Part shown: positions 37,443-45,986 of the stretch, piece after piece
Layout: each line of letters begins with the position of its first letter
How positions within the stretch are numbered: position 1 is the stretch's first letter
Virus record (IMG/VR): IMGVR_UViG_3300033067_002020
Location: 11,311-75,310 of that record
Length of the DNA stretch: 64,000 nt
Reading direction: 5' to 3' (one strand)
Source: a virus
Taxonomy: Duplodnaviria > Caudoviricetes
Position numbers and translations under genes: made by a program
Notes under the pieces: model-generated
Told to the model about the DNA's origin: nothing
Database searches by the model: none
Seen by the model: only the letters and a program-made list of their open reading frames with translations

Positions 37443-38969
37443 CTACACATCAATTATAAATTTATGTTTTACACAACCGTAAATTTTATACATTTTACGT
37501 TCTGTAATTTCATTTTGTTGTGTTATTTGTTGATGTGAAAAACGTTGATTTTTATCTGTTAACCAGAACTTAACATCTGTGTCATCTAATTGCTTAAATC
37601 CTATTTTCATATATGACAATCCAGAACCAATTCTTGCATCTACACATGTTATGATTTGCGTATACTCATGCATTTTAGCCCATGTCTTTACGAATGTCAT
37701 TAATTTTGACAAGCCGCCAGTTACACAAATAAATTGTTTTGTTGCGAATCTTACAATTTCAATTATATTTCCGTGTTCACTAAAAGATTTACGTAAACTA
37801 ATAGCGGCAACAATTTCGTTTTTATATGTCAATCCAAACGAAATTATCGATTCTGCGTCACCATCGAGATGATTGTTAGAAAAAAATTCTTTCTTTTCAT
37901 CGTTCTTTAAAACAACAATATTACACTTTCTAGCGCCAACTTTGACACTTTTCTTTAAACGATGCAAAATCATTGATTTGCAAATATCAATTTTGTTTTC
38001 CCATTCATCTTCAAAAAATGATAAAAATTCTACTTGTTGTTGTAAACAGTTTTTACGTTTATTTTCTTTGTCATTTTTAGATGAAAATAATTCAGAGTGC
38101 CAATACAAACCATCAAATTCAATCGCCAATTGATCTGGAACTAACACATCAATTTCCAACGGAGAAATAAACGTTCTGTTATTCAACAACACTGGTACAT
38201 TTAATGATTTCACATAATTGAAAATTTCAATTTGCGATCTTGAAGGTGTTGAATCAAATCCACAATTTTTACAACGTAATTGATTATCATATCTTATTAG
38301 ATTGTAGGCACTCGACTTATGTTCATAGGCACAAGTTTTACACTTTACAATTAATAGATGATCAATGTTTGTGTTTCGATTATCAAAATTTTGTAAACCA
38401 TCAATAATTTCAAATTTATCTTGAATTACTAAATTCAAGCGTTGAATAAAAACATCATATGACATCCGTAACGGATTGTTTTTTACACAATAATTCTTCT
38501 TACGTGTTTGTGATATTGATCTTCTAATTTCTTCGCTTTTGTCAGTTGACATCCACATGACAACTTCACCAGTTTGAATTTTATTTTTCATTGTAACAGA
38601 ACGTTTTTGTGATGCTTTCTTAACAATTTCTACGTTCTGTTCTTTTGTTGACCAATGTTTCCAGTCTGATGATTGTGTTGTTTGTAAACGACTTTTTACA
38701 ATTTTTTGAATTATTTCATCAGTTGTATGACCATGAGCAAGCTTTCCAAACCCATAATTCCAACCTGACCAACGTGTATAATTTTCACAATCATTTTTAC
38801 AAGAACACTTCGGTCTGATATTGTTACAAAACAACATAACATAAAATTCTTCAGAACTAATATTGTGTTGTTTTGCGTGTAATCCTAACGATCTTGAATA
38901 ACCAGTAATGTGCAAATTGCAAATAGGACATTTCACATCGTATGTTTTAAGCCGAGATTTTTTTCTCAT
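37443..38969 (-). CDS. free-standing homing-endonuclease-like protein (Hef-like / DUF559-Vsr nuclease) with Zn fingers and a C-terminal GNAT/Mom-like domain
   Basis: CPIC, CSC..C, CKTC/CKNC; EIDVLV...AIEFDGLYWHS...FFEDEW; C-terminal RFA...GGLSKL...D...G..Y...GF. Confidence 0.7.
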   Translation of the reverse strand: MRKKSRLKTYDVKCPICNLHITGYSRSLGLHAKQHNISSEEFYVMLFCNNIRPKCSCKNDCENYTRWSGWNYGFGKLAHGHTTDEIIQKIVKSRLQTTQSSDWKHWSTKEQNVEIVKKASQKRSVTMKNKIQTGEVVMWMSTDKSEEIRRSISQTRKKNYCVKNNPLRMSYDVFIQRLNLVIQDKFEIIDGLQNFDNRNTNIDHLLIVKCKTCAYEHKSSAYNLIRYDNQLRCKNCGFDSTPSRSQIEIFNYVKSLNVPVLLNNRTFISPLEIDVLVPDQLAIEFDGLYWHSELFSSKNDKENKRKNCLQQQVEFLSFFEDEWENKIDICKSMILHRLKKSVKVGARKCNIVVLKNDEKKEFFSNNHLDGDAESIISFGLTYKNEIVAAISLRKSFSEHGNIIEIVRFATKQFICVTGGLSKLMTFVKTWAKMHEYTQIITCVDARIGSGLSYMKIGFKQLDDTDVKFWLTDKNQRFSHQQITQQNEITERKMYKIYGCVKHKFIIDV

Positions 38970-38970
38970 T

Positions 38971-40584
38971 TCATCTCTTCTTCACAAGTAACTTATGCTC
39001 AGGAAAATATAGGTAATCAATTTGTGTCTTCATAAAGCAATTAATCGCATGAATTGGTTCTTCGACGATTGGCTCTCTGTCATTGAATGACGTATTCAAC
39101 AAAATAGGAACGCCTGTTCGTTGATACCATTTTGTCAAAAATGCGTGATACCATTCGTTGTCTTCTTTTCTGACAGTTTGTAGTCTGCCAGTTCCATCAA
39201 AGTGAACGACGGCAGGAACTTTTGATTTCACTTCATCTTTAAACGGTAAGACGAAGTTCATATACGGACTTTCTACGTCAGAATATACCTGAAACCATTC
39301 ACGAACATGTTCATACAAAATTGACGGTGCAAATGGTCTAAACGATTGACGGTGTTTGACTTTCTGGTTGATCATGTCCTTCATTTGCGGATTTCTAGGA
39401 TCAGCAATGATTGATCTGTTACCCAGAGCCCTTCTCCCGGACTCCGCCCTCTCGTTGAACACAGAAATAATCGAACCATTTGACAGTAGTTCTATCACAA
39501 AATTGTCATCCGAATTTTCTACCACCGCTTGAGGGCAACTTTCCAGAGCATCTAACACTTGTTTTTTAGAATATGACTTCCCAAGATATGATGATGCGTT
39601 TTTGTTCCAATCGACTCTTTGGTTACCCAAAACGTGATGCCAAGTGTGTTGGGCAGAACCTATTGTTAGGCCCGCATCATACGGGACGGGTGGAATATAA
39701 ACATCGTACATGTTTGATAACATTCCCATGGCAACTGAATTTAAAGCAACACCACCAGAAATACAAATGTTGCCAATTCTAAGTTCCTGTACAGCGTCTC
39801 CAACAATGCCCAAGATCAATTCTTGTGTCGCCATTTGCAACGCACCAGCCATGTCAAACTTAGCTTGCTCATCGTTTTGTGCGATGTCACGCCATTTTCC
39901 AAGGAATGGATGCCGAGGTTCTCTTGGATCTTTAACAGACATACCTGTAATATGACCAGGAGCTCTTGCGACAGTTTTCGCTAAGTTATCTGTCATAAAA
40001 GACCTAAAATCTTTTAGATACTTTTCTGGGTTTTTTGCCAGCGCCGCAAGTGCCATTGTTGTTCCACACTGATTTCCGTATGGATATCCAGATTCATATC
40101 CAAAAACGCAGCGTGTCACTCTTGACCAAACACCACCAATATTGATCTGTGATAATGGAATGTATTTGACGGCTTTTAGTTTTGTATCATCACCTTTCCA
40201 AACTGTGACGCCAGTAGTGAATCCTGTCTCGTCTTCAATGCCACCACCATCTATTGTGATGATAATCGCAGATTTGAAATTGCTGGAATAAAATGCATTT
40301 GACGCATGCGATTGATGATGTCCAACGACGTAAAGTGGTGCAATACCAGAGATTTTATCCCATGATTGTTTGTACTCTTTGATTCCGTTATCAAGATGAC
40401 ATGTTGATAAACCAATGATATCACTTACATCACCATGATGGTCAAAGAACAATTTAATGCTATCATAAGGAGGTTCTTTTACACGAAGGTGTCTTTCTGC
40501 CTCTGTGTGCAGTTCAATTTTACCATCGTTTAAAACACAAAATGATGCATCGTGCCCACTCCAAAGACCTAAAATCTTTTTCAT
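38971..40584 (-). CDS. carbamoyltransferase, NodU/CmcH family
   Basis: GHDAS, HHQSHA, IDGGG, SGGVALN, DAG, RALGNRS, FRPFAPS, HFDGTGRLQTV, LNTSFN. Confidence 0.93.
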   Translation of the reverse strand: MKKILGLWSGHDASFCVLNDGKIELHTEAERHLRVKEPPYDSIKLFFDHHGDVSDIIGLSTCHLDNGIKEYKQSWDKISGIAPLYVVGHHQSHASNAFYSSNFKSAIIITIDGGGIEDETGFTTGVTVWKGDDTKLKAVKYIPLSQINIGGVWSRVTRCVFGYESGYPYGNQCGTTMALAALAKNPEKYLKDFRSFMTDNLAKTVARAPGHITGMSVKDPREPRHPFLGKWRDIAQNDEQAKFDMAGALQMATQELILGIVGDAVQELRIGNICISGGVALNSVAMGMLSNMYDVYIPPVPYDAGLTIGSAQHTWHHVLGNQRVDWNKNASSYLGKSYSKKQVLDALESCPQAVVENSDDNFVIELLSNGSIISVFNERAESGRRALGNRSIIADPRNPQMKDMINQKVKHRQSFRPFAPSILYEHVREWFQVYSDVESPYMNFVLPFKDEVKSKVPAVVHFDGTGRLQTVRKEDNEWYHAFLTKWYQRTGVPILLNTSFNDREPIVEEPIHAINCFMKTQIDYLYFPEHKLLVKKR

Positions 40585-40585
40585 G

Positions 40586-40753
40586 TTACAATTTTACCCT
40601 TGTTCCGTCGCAAATTATACGCAAAAAGGGACGAAATTTTCCGTCCCAATCTACTATTCCTGATAGTATTTGTTGATCGTATGGATGTTTTCTGTATTCT
40701 TTACCACAAATCTGACAAACACAATCTCCAGACGCTCTAATAAAATCAATCAT
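40586..40753 (-). CDS. 55 aa Cys-rich hypothetical protein (missed by the ORF track)
   Basis: MIDFIRASGDCVCQICGKEYRKHP...FLRIICDGTRVKL*; ATGA overlap with the nuclease stop, and TAA lies 1 nt before the carbamoyltransferase ATG. Confidence 0.75.
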   Translation of the reverse strand: MIDFIRASGDCVCQICGKEYRKHPYDQQILSGIVDWDGKFRPFLRIICDGTRVKL

Positions 40754-41559
40754 TTGCAATGTTCGGTGTCTTTATAGTCACAATATTTACATGATTCTTT
40801 ATTTTTCAATGAAAATCCACGTTTGATGCAAGACAGTGAATTTCCAAGAATCTTAAGTGATCTATCAATTGTGACATCGCCAACAGACACTGGAATTGAG
40901 TAACAAATCTTTCCAGGTTTTCCAGACTTCAACAGAATAAGAAAGGCGCATCTAACATCTTTTAATGGAATGTTATGTTTTGTTGCCCAAAATTTCTTGT
41001 ATAAGACAAGCTGAGCTCGCTTTTTAACATCACCAATTGCATCTCGATTCCATGGTCTATTTGCAGTCTTGAAGTCAATGATCCAATATAGAAATTGTCC
41101 AGGCTTTTTTCCAGGAACTTTTATGACGCAATCTATGAATCCTTTAAAATTCAAACCGTCATGTTTTTCAAAGAAAACTTTCAAGTCTTCAAACAATGCT
41201 TCTTCAGAAGCAATCATTTCCCAATTTGGGAAAGTATCATCTAAAAATTTTGGCAATTCATTCATGATATTTTGAATTGATTGCACTAATTTTTCTTTAT
41301 TGCTTTCTTGAAAGCTTTCTGAAGTACCAAACTTTTCAAATCCTTCATCAAGAATTTTTTTTGCAGTGTCTAGATTTACTTCTTTGTTTTTCAAAAAATG
41401 TTCTGCAGCCGCGTGGACTGCAGAACCGAAAACTAAATGAATACTGGGTTTTGACAAATCAATTTTCTTGACATGTCTAAGATAATGACGATAAGAACAA
41501 TCCCACCAATCCTTAAGTTCAGAAAAAGAAATGTGAGGTTTTCCGGTGGGTAATATCAT
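40750..41559 (-). CDS. PD-(D/E)XK RecB/Cas4-like nuclease
   Basis: HISFSE..DC; GFIDC, IIDFKT, QLVLY; C-terminal CKYC......C. Start set at ATG 41559 after AGGA. Confidence 0.85.
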   Translation of the reverse strand: MILPTGKPHISFSELKDWWDCSYRHYLRHVKKIDLSKPSIHLVFGSAVHAAAEHFLKNKEVNLDTAKKILDEGFEKFGTSESFQESNKEKLVQSIQNIMNELPKFLDDTFPNWEMIASEEALFEDLKVFFEKHDGLNFKGFIDCVIKVPGKKPGQFLYWIIDFKTANRPWNRDAIGDVKKRAQLVLYKKFWATKHNIPLKDVRCAFLILLKSGKPGKICYSIPVSVGDVTIDRSLKILGNSLSCIKRGFSLKNKESCKYCDYKDTEHCK

Positions 41560-41561
41560 GA

Positions 41562-41978
41562 TTATTTTCCTAAGAAACACAAACCAGTAAGAATGCAAGC
41601 CAATCCAATCACTTTTGCAGAAGTAATTGTTTCATTGAAAATGAAAATAGAAAGAATGAACGTAACCATCGGATACGCAGACGTCAATCCTACAACCTTT
41701 GACACACTTTCAGTTCTTAGTGAAAACGTAAATGCTAACGTGGCCATCGCACCACACAAGGCTCCAATTAGAGCATAACAATTACCTTTGAAATTTGAAT
41801 CAAACGAATGATTTGAAATTTTCAACATGTACAAGTAAATTGGAATTGTTATTCCGCTGCCGAGAGCCGCAATCAATGATACTTGTACTGGATAGATTCG
41901 TAATTGGGCTGCTTTATTAAAGATCCCCCAAAGACCCCAACACAAAATCGCAATTGCGATTAAAATGTTACTATTCAC
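41562..41978 (-). CDS. EamA/DMT-family half-size membrane transporter
   Basis: About five TM helices; WGLWGIFNK, SLR...VS.V...TS.YP...F...IF.E pattern. Confidence 0.8.
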   Translation of the reverse strand: MNSNILIAIAILCWGLWGIFNKAAQLRIYPVQVSLIAALGSGITIPIYLYMLKISNHSFDSNFKGNCYALIGALCGAMATLAFTFSLRTESVSKVVGLTSAYPMVTFILSIFIFNETITSAKVIGLACILTGLCFLGK

Positions 41979-42202
41979 GGGACCATCAATGCTTGAATAG
42001 CAGTGATAACTCTATTTTTCAAATCATCTGGTAGAACCGAAAGTTGCACATACTCTTCTTGAACCATTCCACCACTTGAATACCCGCCAGTATGCAATTG
42101 ATTTGGTCTCGGTGACAAGGTACGAATAAACAAAGGTCTTGTTGAATCAGTCGAAGTAATTGGTAATGTTAGTGTGACAACTGTTTGATCAGAAACATTC
42201 AT
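41975..42202 (-). CDS. hypothetical protein
   Basis: AGGAGA RBS; GTGA coupling to the EamA gene. Confidence 0.6.
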   Translation of the reverse strand: MNVSDQTVVTLTLPITSTDSTRPLFIRTLSPRPNQLHTGGYSSGGMVQEEYVQLSVLPDDLKNRVITAIQALMVP

Positions 42203-42226
42203 GTGAATTCTCCTAAAAAGAGACTG

Positions 42227-42258
42227 ACACTTGCAAAGGTAAATCTTATTGCAAGTGT
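42227..42258. promoter_or_regulatory. intergenic inverted repeat (terminator or operator)
   Basis: ACACTTGCAA (42227-42236), 12 nt spacer, TTGCAAGTGT (42249-42258). Confidence 0.45.
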
Positions 42259-42282
42259 TAGTTTTATACAGTAAAAACTACA

Positions 42283-42510
42283 TCAACCGTAATAATGAGT
42301 TTCTAGAAGACGCAAAAGAGTTCTTGCTTCGTGACCATTTAGTTCCACAGTCACACCGCCTCTAGACAAAAGAAAGTTTGTTGCGTTGTTGGTCGACGTT
42401 TGTGCAACTGCAACAAGACTCCCAGGATCACGACGATCAGTGTAAGTCTCACGGGCATGAAGTGTATGAACGTTGACATTAGAAACGATACGTGCATTAC
42501 GATTGCTCAT
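42283..42510 (-). CDS. hypothetical protein
   Basis: GGAG RBS; co-directional with neighbours. Confidence 0.6.
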   Translation of the reverse strand: MSNRNARIVSNVNVHTLHARETYTDRRDPGSLVAVAQTSTNNATNFLLSRGGVTVELNGHEARTLLRLLETHYYG

Positions 42511-42576
42511 TTATTTTCTCCAGTATTGTTTGAGTGTTTCGTTACTTTTTTACAGTACCATCTACTAAACTTATGT

Positions 42577-42900
42577 TCAAGAAGTGCAAAGAAATTGTTT
42601 CGCCTCTTCAACAAACAATTCCATATCTTCCAGTGACATAATCAAAGGAATTTCAACCGTATCAACTCTAAGCGTGTAATAAGATGTCTTTGTAGCCTCG
42701 TCTTGTTTTAAGACGATTTCTAATGCTCTTGAAGACCTAAGACAATAAACAACTTTTGCCGTCATTACCATATCTCTGGTAAAACGTAAAGTTAACACGC
42801 CATTGTCATCGAGTGATACGACACTTACATCATCTATTACTTGTTCTTGACTTTTAATAAAGTCGCCAACATTCACTGTTCTAACAAAAATTTGTTTCAT
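42577..42900 (-). CDS. hypothetical protein
   Basis: ATGA-coupled to the methyltransferase gene. Confidence 0.55.
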   Translation of the reverse strand: MKQIFVRTVNVGDFIKSQEQVIDDVSVVSLDDNGVLTLRFTRDMVMTAKVVYCLRSSRALEIVLKQDEATKTSYYTLRVDTVEIPLIMSLEDMELFVEEAKQFLCTS

Positions 42901-43502
42901 TGTGACTCCTTGAGTTTAGCTAACGATTCTCTAACGTCAAGACCATCTAATTCATTTCCAGTGCAAGTCCAACCTTCTGTGTGTCGTCTCGCGAACAATT
43001 CAAGTTTCTTTGCATCAGGAAACATTAAATTGAATGAATTATGCAAGTTTTGTGGTTTCTTACTGTGCATCTCGTTTAAAGCAAGCTCAAAATCAGGTGG
43101 CAAATCTTCATCAACAATGAGTGATCTTTGCGATTTATTTTGAAGATTTGCATATGGTTTACCGCATGTTCCAATCAACGCAATTTCATGAGAACCTCTA
43201 AACATTCGACCCATGCCGAATTCAATTTTTCCTGATTTTGTGGTTTTACCCCAAACGTATGTTGTTGTTTGTCGAAATCCCCACGATGTCATTGTCCTAA
43301 GTCCATCAGATAACATCGATGAAGGAACCCATAATGCTAAAACTCCCCAATCACCAACGATAGATTGCACGTCAATATTGACAATGTCATCCACGGATAA
43401 AACACCTTTATATTGAGATTCTGCTCCTCTTTTGACAGAACTCATTGTCAATTTATCATCAAATTTCCACGGCGGATCAGCGATTATTACGTTAAATTTC
43501 AT
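42897..43502 (-). CDS. MT-A70 family N6-adenine methyltransferase
   Basis: IIADPPW, LALWV, WGF...YVWGK, GMG..FR..HE, HSKKP, LELFAR. Confidence 0.9.
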   Translation of the reverse strand: MKFNVIIADPPWKFDDKLTMSSVKRGAESQYKGVLSVDDIVNIDVQSIVGDWGVLALWVPSSMLSDGLRTMTSWGFRQTTTYVWGKTTKSGKIEFGMGRMFRGSHEIALIGTCGKPYANLQNKSQRSLIVDEDLPPDFELALNEMHSKKPQNLHNSFNLMFPDAKKLELFARRHTEGWTCTGNELDGLDVRESLAKLKESQ

Positions 43503-44171
43503 TCAACATCTCCTAATTTCACCGCTTAAACGTACTAAAGAATACTCAATTTGACAAAAACTAATGTCAATTTGTTTGTTTAAAACATGATACGTAAAAA
43601 TTGTCTCTGGTCTGAATTGTGCAACGTTTTTACATAAATCGTCAAATTGATCATAAAGTTCAAAGTAAGATTTCATCACAGAAACATCACCAAAAGCAAA
43701 ATAATCATGTAATGTTCCGTTTGGCGTTTTAACGTTTCCTGGTAAAAACAACACTTTTTCTCTACTTGACAAGATAACATCTTCATGAAATAACATGTCA
43801 GGTCTGACTGACACAATTACATCATATTTAATTTCACTTTGTTGTGATAACTCAAAACTTTTTTTAGCAGAGTACCACTTACTTTTTACGTTATGTGGTG
43901 GGGTTCTTGCGTATAAAAAACAATCATGATTTTCCAAGTCAAATTGAATTTGTGGTTCAATCATTAATGTTTTGATTTTACATAACGCATTTAATGATGC
44001 ATCGTCTATTGGCGACAAACCGCCAACGTCTTCTTTTCTTGTGGTACCTTTGACGTCCCAAGTATGCATAAAAACATCACAGTCATACTTGTCAAGTAAG
44101 TGTTGACGAATAGACTGTGATGTTTTTTCAAACGTTCTTACGTGTCCAGAAAAGCAAACGGCAACTTTCAT
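43503..44171 (-). CDS. putative glycosyltransferase-like protein
   Basis: KVAVCFSGHVRTF, DVFMHTW, RPDM, DYFAFG pattern common in phage sugar loci. Confidence 0.55.
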   Translation of the reverse strand: MKVAVCFSGHVRTFEKTSQSIRQHLLDKYDCDVFMHTWDVKGTTRKEDVGGLSPIDDASLNALCKIKTLMIEPQIQFDLENHDCFLYARTPPHNVKSKWYSAKKSFELSQQSEIKYDVIVSVRPDMLFHEDVILSSREKVLFLPGNVKTPNGTLHDYFAFGDVSVMKSYFELYDQFDDLCKNVAQFRPETIFTYHVLNKQIDISFCQIEYSLVRLSGEIRRC

Positions 44172-44455
44172 AGCAATCTTTTAAATTCTGTTACAATTTC
44201 CAAATCAATTTGACACAAAACACACACATAATCTTTAATTTCAAATCTAGATTCTATTACGTGGTCGCAATAACAACATACTGAATTACAAGCTTTTGTT
44301 TGTAACCATAAATCTCTTAATTCAGTATGTTCATTAAGATCTAGCCAAGGACTCAATGCCCAATAAACAGGAAATTTTTTAACTTCACCTGTTTGTAAAA
44401 CAAATTTAAGATATGACCCTTCTATGTATGAACTTACAACTTTCATTTTCTTCAC
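44168..44455 (-). CDS. hypothetical protein (CxxC pairs)
   Basis: CCYCD...CVLC; ATGA coupling. Confidence 0.55.
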   Translation of the reverse strand: MKKMKVVSSYIEGSYLKFVLQTGEVKKFPVYWALSPWLDLNEHTELRDLWLQTKACNSVCCYCDHVIESRFEIKDYVCVLCQIDLEIVTEFKRLL

Positions 44456-44482
44456 AACGTATTACGTCAACTACTCGATAGT

Positions 44483-45676
44483 TCACTGAACCAATCCCCA
44501 TGTGGAAATGGCTTCATCATACTCTTTACCATGTTGGCGATCAATAGCTTGTCTCATGGCTCGAGCACCATTGACTGTGCCTCCCGGATGGCCATGGATC
44601 GCTCCCCCACAATTTAGAAGCAGTTCATTACCTAACTTTCCTCTAATATATTCTACAAGGCCTGGGTGCATTCCACAACTAAGCGCTGGCATTGTACCAT
44701 GAGATTGTAAGATCTCGACAGTTTTCTTCAATTCACTTTCATCGTCTGATGAATACCCGCCTAACATTCCATTGTGAATGAAATCGGCACCCATCATTCC
44801 AGCTAATTTACAAACAACGCTCCAATCAATGTGAAAAGCATGTTTCTTTGAAGTGAAAATCTTGTCACCACTCTTTTGAAAGTGTAAAAACAAAGGCAAA
44901 TCAAGCTTACGGATGCTATTGTAAACACCCAAACCAGACCAGAAATTTACATGAACACCATTAACACCAGCTTCATGAACTTGCTTTACTCTATCAAGAA
45001 CGTTATGTGGATCTGCGTTAATACAAACACAATACACAACATTTTGTGTTGAAAGATATTGTGCTAGTTTTGGCAGTCTTTTTTCAAGAGTACAACATGA
45101 TGGATTTGCCATAATCTCATCTTCTTTTATGAAATTGACGCCACCGTCGACCAAAGCTTTGACAAGATCTAACAAAATGTCTTCATTCATACAAACTTTT
45201 GGTTTGACAATTCCACCAAGAAGAGGCTTGTCATAAACACCAGTGTACTTTCTAATTCCTTGAATCCCAAATTTTGGTCCAAGAAAAGTGTTCTTAACAC
45301 TATCTGGAAATTGCACATCTAAAACATGACATTTCACAATACTATCAATGTCAAGCTGACCACCCATGATGTGGCACAAAAATTGTGACATACCATCAGA
45401 CAAAAAATCAATGTTTGACAAAGGAAATGCAATTTTTACAGTTCCAGATTTACGTTGAAGTTTTTTGCTACCACGTTGTTCTAACACAATGCAAGAATGC
45501 TTGGCGAATAGTTCATCAGACTCCCAAGCATTTCTAACGTTAGGATTTCCAACGCTTTGACCTATTGCTAAATTCCATGCAGCGTTTTCAAGACTTTTTG
45601 TTGACGACAATTTGTACGTCACAACAAAATAATCAGTTGTGTCAAAATCAGGTTGAAATACTTCAAATTGTGTCAT
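44483..45676 (-). CDS. rlp: RuBisCO-like protein (form IV)
   Basis: GPKFGIQGIR, GGIVKPK (K175/K177), FIKEDE (K201/D203/E204), GADFIH (H327), LSCG, CGGAIHGHP. By-eye alignment gives E60G, N123G, H294Q and K334Y, so not a carboxylase. Confidence 0.92.
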   Translation of the reverse strand: MTQFEVFQPDFDTTDYFVVTYKLSSTKSLENAAWNLAIGQSVGNPNVRNAWESDELFAKHSCIVLEQRGSKKLQRKSGTVKIAFPLSNIDFLSDGMSQFLCHIMGGQLDIDSIVKCHVLDVQFPDSVKNTFLGPKFGIQGIRKYTGVYDKPLLGGIVKPKVCMNEDILLDLVKALVDGGVNFIKEDEIMANPSCCTLEKRLPKLAQYLSTQNVVYCVCINADPHNVLDRVKQVHEAGVNGVHVNFWSGLGVYNSIRKLDLPLFLHFQKSGDKIFTSKKHAFHIDWSVVCKLAGMMGADFIHNGMLGGYSSDDESELKKTVEILQSHGTMPALSCGMHPGLVEYIRGKLGNELLLNCGGAIHGHPGGTVNGARAMRQAIDRQHGKEYDEAISTWGLVQ

Positions 45677-45986
45677 ACTTGTCTCCTGGAACGCTTGGTG
45701 TTTTCACAACAACTAACTCACAATCTTCTAAAAAGATTGGGTCGCCAATCTCACTTGGTTCAACAACAAAAATATCGCCAGAATTTAATTCTTGACCTTG
45801 AAATAACATTTTTCCCTTTACAAGAAAATTTATTTCAGTGGCAATTCGATGTATATGAGGTGCCCAAAATTCACCTTTTTGATGAATCTTGTAACTCACT
45901 TCACATGCTTCTGTGACATGTGCAGAAGGTGAAAAGTTTCCAACGAACCATCCACCTTTCATCTGTTCAAATTTGTAAATCTTCAT
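45663..45986 (-). CDS. cupin-fold protein
   Basis: KGGWFVGNF, HIHRIATEINF, GDIFVVEP, VVVKTPS; overlaps the RLP start by 14 nt. Confidence 0.8.
   Translation of the reverse strand: MKIYKFEQMKGGWFVGNFSPSAHVTEACEVSYKIHQKGEFWAPHIHRIATEINFLVKGKMLFQGQELNSGDIFVVEPSEIGDPIFLEDCELVVVKTPSVPGDKYDTI

Noticed and set aside
40623-40647. Rho-independent terminator (GGGACG...CGTCCC with an A tract)
   Set aside because: It lies within the 55 aa coupled ORF at 40586-40753, so it is more simply coding sequence.
41560-41598. N-terminal extension of the nuclease in the ORF track
   Set aside because: It overlaps the EamA gene end; the ATG at 41559 has an AGGA RBS.
44483-45676. Bona fide CO2-fixing RuBisCO as an auxiliary metabolic gene
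   Set aside because: Equivalents of E60, N123, H294 and K334 are substituted; no small subunit or phosphoribulokinase in the window; the context is sugar biosynthesis.
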